Under the pieces are notes generated by a model. The model made no database searches and was not told the DNA's origin. It saw only the letters and a program-made list of their open reading frames with translations. From positions 1,364,001-1,428,000 of the forward strand of contig OZ287067.1 of the NCBI GenBank assembly GCA_965645245.1: a stretch of DNA of 64,000 nt, read 5' to 3'. Positions 61,726 through 64,000 of this stretch are shown here, one piece after another. The stretch comes from Massalongia carnosa (Eukaryota). Both the position numbers and the translations under genes were made by a program. How positions within the stretch are numbered: the first letter of the stretch is position 1; each line of letters begins with the position of its first letter.

Positions 61726-63076
61726 TTTTGGAGGTGTTCAGGGAGATTTATATGAGGCCGAAAGAGAATGTGGGAAAGGCCACCTGGTTGCAGGCAGCTG
61801 GGGAGTTCGTCAGCTTGAGGCCATTCGCGTAAATGATGGGGGTTGGGCGTGAGGCTCGGGTGTGGCTTGGAAGCTGCCAGAAGGAGATCGCTAAGCGGGG
61901 ATTAGGGTTAGATAAGCAGTTTCGGGCCGAGATCCGTTTTGCATATTCTGTACAGAGTAATGTAACTAATTAACTAGTATTGGATTGCTCTTCAGTGCCC
62001 CACGGACATCTAGGTATGTTAAAGAAGTCTTTGTGAGGAAAATGGCAAAATTCTTCAGCGGCTTCATTTTCTTATCTAGTGTGAATCTATCATCTGCACT
62101 GCCAGCAAGAACCGAGCTTTGCCCCACCAAGAGTCCAAACTGGAAACATTTATCCATCCTTCATAATCAAAGATCTGCTAGGTCGACTGCTGCGTTCTCC
62201 TCGAACATAGAAATAAAGACCCCGAGTCTATGACCTAGATACACAGTACATGGACCGATTGAGCTTTCTGTGCAACAAATTTTCCAGGTTCCTTGTTAGA
62301 TTCGAGTTCGAGAACGGGCCGGCTAATCGGTGGGGATGCATGACCACTGAGACTCTAAAGTCAATCCAAATGCCATTCTTTCTTTGCTCGCATCTATAAT
62401 ATCCGGCTTGTTGGTCACAATGAGATTTTTTTAATGGAGGTGATTTCTTCTATATTTACTCCACGAGGGCTAAACGTGAGCTGGTTCTTCTCCTTTTTGG
62501 AAAGGAGATGGGCAGTGTAAGGAAGCATTTGCGTCATTAGGATTAAGAATTACGGATCAATTACAGAGTACTGCGGGTGGAATTATCTTGCCATTAACAA
62601 ACTGTTCTTCATAATCCTAAATGTCATATCTGCAAGATTTGCAAGGACCAAAAACTTGACTTTGGGGAACCACGAGCTGTTTGAAATCTCAGTTTCCACT
62701 TCACAGCATGTTAAAAATGAAAATGTCGTTTCCAACCTTCATAACCCCTAACGCCCTCAGATCGCTTGTAGAGATAGAGCTTGAAGAAACATCGGCCAAG
62801 CTTCCTCTAAAGTAACAATTACTAAGGTAGATAAATTAAGCAGCAGATTTTGTGAAAGTGAGGCTCGTAACGAATTTTTATATCCTGGAGCAATAAAACA
62901 TAGCGGGTTTCGGAGTACAGGCGGAGTTAGATGCAATTGATACACCTAACTCTTGTTTCAATAATTGTGCCATAATAGTTTCTATAGCTCTATCCCCATT
63001 CCGTAGCTTCTACCACCGACTATGACGCCGTTATTATACAGCTCCTGTATGTGTCTTTCCGTTATCGTTCATGGGC

Positions 63077-63458
63077 TTAGTGCTTTGACTTTTGCTCCTC
63101 CGCATTTGCGTTTCGTATAAACTCCCTAGAAGCAACGCCAGTCAGTATATTTACGTCGAGACTAAACCTCCAAAAATCCCTATTCAAGGCGCAAGCATAC
63201 TGAATAAATTCCTCCTCCTCCTTACTCTGAGCGTTAATTACTGGTCCTGGTTGCTTCGGTTCTTTCTTCCCTCCTCTCAATGCTAATCCGGCGCCCGCGA
63301 ACGTAGCACCAAGTGTAATCATTGCCAGCTATAAATTCATTATTGTCAGCTTCTACATCCTTTAGAAAAGGTATAAAGGTCACGCAACAATCCTAGTATT
63401 GGAGACTCACAACATGGGAGCCAACTTGACGCCCGAATACGGTGTACTGAGCAACCAT
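63077..63458 (-). CDS. ATP19: Mitochondrial ATP synthase subunit K (3 exons)
   Basis: MVAQYTVFGRQVGSHV|LAMITLGATFAG..GPVINAQSKEEEEFIQ|EFIRNA.. Confidence 0.92.
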
Positions 63459-63682
63459 ATTGAATGTAATGCGACTTCTTCAGATTAGGTGAATATATTG
63501 AGAGATCGTGAAGTTCGAATATGCAATTGGGAGCTCTTGTCATGTACAGTATGTAACGGGTTACTCCTAAAAGTGTATTGTAAGGCGGGCTGTGTATTGT
63601 AAATTTCCTGCAACGTCATTCCTCTTCGGTCCGGAAATATATCTGAGCTTTTAGCTTCTACATAATTTGATGTTCCTTGATC

Positions 63683-64000
63683 ATGCCCAAAGGAAACGAT
63701 TCGAAAGCTTTGGCCCAAAGTGCAGCCCAGTCTGCTGAAGTAGACAAGCCGTTGCTTCGAGAAAAGCTTCCCAAGGAGCTGCAGAAATTAGTTGATGATG
63801 AGGATACACTGCTAGAGCAAATATATGACGGGAAGTAAGTGCTTCTGGAAGCTGAAGATTCTCCAGACACTAGGATGACTAAATTTGTAGTGCCAATCCA
63901 ACTACCGACTCCAACCTCCGCTATGCAGCGTATGCCTCCAGGTTTCGGACCATTCTTCTTAGTGCTCATCGATATGTTGCGTATACCTCCGACATTGGAG
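63683..64000 (+). CDS. MTFP1: Mitochondrial fission process protein 1 (MTP18/MTFP1 family), 5' part running off the window
   Basis: REKLPKELQKLVD..IYDG|..TTDSNLRYAAYASRFRTILLSAHRYVAYTSDIG. Confidence 0.88.

Noticed and set aside
61902..61911. TTAGGGTTAG as telomerase RNA template or interstitial telomere
   Set aside because: It is a single short copy about 180 nt upstream of the AN1 gene start, with no pseudoknot or other TER features recognised; a promoter telobox or chance is more likely.

Overview
Gene-dense eukaryotic DNA from a filamentous ascomycete (Pezizomycotina-type genes with short GT..AG introns and CTRAC branch points; finer taxonomy cannot be determined from the window). It holds about 23 apparently intact genes, mostly housekeeping: RPB9, MRPL38, SET9, a TLC-domain protein, a saccharopine-dehydrogenase-like oxidoreductase, RPL43, a RING/PHD protein, MCD4, a Csm1/Pcs1 monopolin subunit, MSP1, cystathionine beta-lyase, FKBP, HIS2, an AcpS-type PPTase, DUF1774, LAP1, an R3H-associated protein, thymidylate synthase, an AN1 zinc finger, ATP19, the 5' part of MTFP1, a small secreted orphan and a disordered orphan. 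Four accessory genes are disrupted (membrane protein, P450, MYND protein, APH-like kinase). There are two transposons: a 5'-truncated Tad1-like LINE (about 7.7-10.5 kb) and a Fot1/pogo element with perfect 44-bp TIRs (52.5-54.8 kb). Two signals stand out. (1) The unusually long second RPB9 intron reads in frame into an alternative CxxC-x5-CxxC plus acidic tail, suggesting an intron-retention isoform with a swapped C-terminal zinc module. (2) An unexplained non-coding block at 5.35-7.68 kb contains a perfect 23-bp array, four dispersed 34-bp tRNA T-arm/B-box-like repeats with covarying stems, palindromes and a 15-bp minisatellite. All gene models were spliced by eye and no database searches were run.
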